From: Eledone cirrhosa | Taxonomy: Eukaryota | Assembly (NCBI GenBank): GCA_964016885.1 | Contig: OZ024741.1 | Coordinates: forward strand, 4,526,001-4,590,000 | DNA: 64,000 bases | Direction: 5' to 3' | Part shown: positions 61,801 through 64,000 of the stretch, piece after piece | Position numbering within the stretch: the first letter of the stretch is position 1 | Layout of the letters: each line of letters opens with the position of its first letter | Made by a program: the position numbers and the translations under genes | Notes under the pieces: generated by a model | Seen by the model: the letters and a program-made list of their open reading frames with translations, nothing else | The model's database searches: none | What the model was told of the DNA's origin: nothing

Positions 61801-64000
61801 AAGACACGATGCTACCAATCTAAGACACGATGCTACCAATCTAAGACACCATACTACCACTCTAAGACACCATACTACCACTCTAAGACACCATACTACC
61901 AATCTAAGACACTATACTACCAATCTAGGACACTATGCTACCAATTTAAGACATGATACTACCAATATAAGACACCATACTACCAATCTAAGACACCATA
62001 CTACCACTCTAAGACACCATACTACCAATCTAAGACACCATACTACCAATCTAAGATACTATACTACCAATCTAAGATACTATACTACCAATCTAAGATA
62101 CTATACTACCAATCTAAGATACTATACTACCAATCTAAGACACTATACTACCAATCTAGGACAACACACTACCAATCTAAGACACAATACTACCGATCTA
62201 AGACACCATACTACCAATCTAAGACACCATACTACCAATCTAAGACACCATACTACCAATCTAAGACACCATACTAACAATCTAAGACACCATACTACCA
62301 ATCTAAGACACCATACTACCAATCTAAGACACTATACTACCAATCTAAGACGCGATACTACCAATCTAAGACACCATACTACCAATCTAAGATACTATAC
62401 TACCAATCTAAGACACTATACTACCAATCTAGGACACCATACCAATCTAAGACACGATACTACCAATCTAAGACACGATACTACCAATCTAAGATACTAT
62501 ACTACCAATCTAAGACACTATACTACCAATCTAAGACGCAATACTACCAATCTAAGACAACATACTACCAATCTAAGACACCATACTAGCAATCTAGGAC
62601 ACTATCCTACCAATCTAAGTCACCATATAACCAATCTAAGACATCAAACTACCAATCTAAGACACCATACTACCAATCTAGGACACTATACTACCAATCT
62701 AGGACACTATACTACCAATCTAAGACACGATACTACCAATCTAAGACACCATGCTACCAATCTAGGACACTATACTACCAATCTAAGACACTATACTACC
62801 AATCTAAGACACTATACTACCAATCTAAGACACTATACTACCAATCTAAGACACGATACTACCAAGCTAAGACACCATACTACCAATCTAGGACACTATA
62901 CTACCAATCTAAGACACCATACTACCACTCTAAGACACTATACTACCAATCTAAGACACTATACTACCAATCTAAGACACTATACTACCAATCTAAGACA
63001 CTATACTACCAATCTAAGACACTATACTACCAATCTAAGACACGATACTACCAATCCAAGACACCATACTACCAATCTAAGACACTATACTACCAATCCA
63101 AGACACTATACTACCAATCCAAGAAACCTTACTACCAATCTAAGACACCATACTACCAATCGAAAACACCATGCGACCAATCTTAGACACAATACTACCA
63201 ATCTAAGACACCATACTACCAATCTAGGACACTATACTACCAATCTAAGACTACATACTACCAATCTAAGACACGATACTACCAATCTAAGACACTATAC
63301 TACCAATCTAAGACACCATGCTACCAATCTAAGACACACTACTACCAATCTAAGACACTATACTACCAATCTAAGACACCATACTACCAATCTAAGACAC
63401 TATACTACCACTCTAAGACACCATACTACCAATCTAAGACACGATACTACCACTCTAAGACTCCATACTACCAATCTAAGACACGATACTACCAATCTAA
63501 GATACTATACTACCAATCTAAGACACTATACTACCAATCTAAGACACTATACTACCAATCTAAGACACTATACTACCAATCTAAGACACTATACTACCAA
63601 TCTAAGACACCATACTACCAATCTAAGACATCATACTACCAATCTAAGACACTATACTACCAATCTAAGACAGAATACTACCAATCTAAGACACTATACT
63701 ACCAATCTAGGACACTATCCTACCAATCTAAGTCACCATATAACCAATCTAAGACATCAGACTACCAATCTAAGACACTATACTACCAATCTAAGACACT
63801 ATACTACCAATCTAAGACACTATACTACCAATCTAAGACACTATACTACCAATCTAAGACACTATACTACCAATCTAAGACACTATACTACCAATCTAAG
63901 ACACGATACTACCAAGCTAAGACACCATACTACCAATCTAGGACACTATGCTACCAATCTAAGACACGATACTACCAATCTAAGACACCATGCTACCAAT

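Larger units (their letters stand above)
1..64000. repeat. 21-bp tandem repeat array (satellite DNA), consensus ACTACCAATCTAAGACAC[T/C]AT, ~3,050 head-to-tail monomers, continuing beyond both window edges
   Basis: The 21-nt period is visible throughout (64000/21 = ~3048). Common variants are CACTAT/CACCAT/CACGAT, CTAAG/CTAGG, ATACT/ATGCT, TCTAAG/TCAAAG/TCCAAG and CCAAT/CCACT. All ORFs are heptapeptide repeats (TLYYQSK, HHTTNLR, CLRLVVW). Confidence 0.99.
20201..64000. repeat. Sub-domain B: more diverged block with additional variants and shortened monomers
   Basis: New variants start at ~20.2-21.2 kb (TATCAAT, 19-bp AGACAATAC monomer, CAAGACAC, CATTCTCC, GACGCGAT, TCGAAG, TACACTACC) and recur to the end of the window. 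Confidence 0.75.

Noticed and set aside
1-64000. CRISPR array or other repeat-spacer system
   Set aside because: There are no unique spacers. Units are directly adjacent and differ by 0-3 substitutions, with no leader or cas genes.
1-64000. Telomerase-synthesised telomere (G/T-rich strand loosely like the long Candida/Kluyveromyces repeats)
   Set aside because: The resemblance is only superficial. The length, variant diversity and kb-scale duplications indicate recombinational amplification, and no chromosome end is visible. A subtelomeric location is not excluded.
1-64000. G-quadruplex or i-motif forming array
   Set aside because: Only GG/CC doublets are present (1-2 per monomer), with essentially no G3 tracts.
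1-64000. Monomer variant order as an information code or synthetic construct
   Set aside because: The patterns are accounted for by nested duplication, slippage and point mutation, with no adapters or designed structure.

Overview
The whole 64 kb window is one uninterrupted tandem array (satellite/macro-minisatellite) of a 21-bp monomer, consensus ACTACCAATCTAAGACACYAT, about 3,050 copies. It has no unique flank, and I see no credible gene, RNA gene, mobile element or CRISPR array. All listed ORFs are translations of the 7-codon repeat. The interest lies in the internal structure. There are two domains with different variant repertoires (boundary ~20.2-20.4 kb), nested irregular higher-order duplications (0.5, 1.9, 2.9, 3.1, 3.3, 5.0-5.5 and ~8.3 kb) and recurrent multi-monomer marker cassettes. 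There is also one 24-bp micro-inversion at 57641-57664, deletions that mostly fall at microhomologies, and a variant spectrum suggesting CpG-methylation decay. The source is most likely eukaryotic heterochromatin (inference). I cannot name the satellite family or organism, and I find no support for a novel protein-coding system. Counts and boundaries were made by eye and are approximate.
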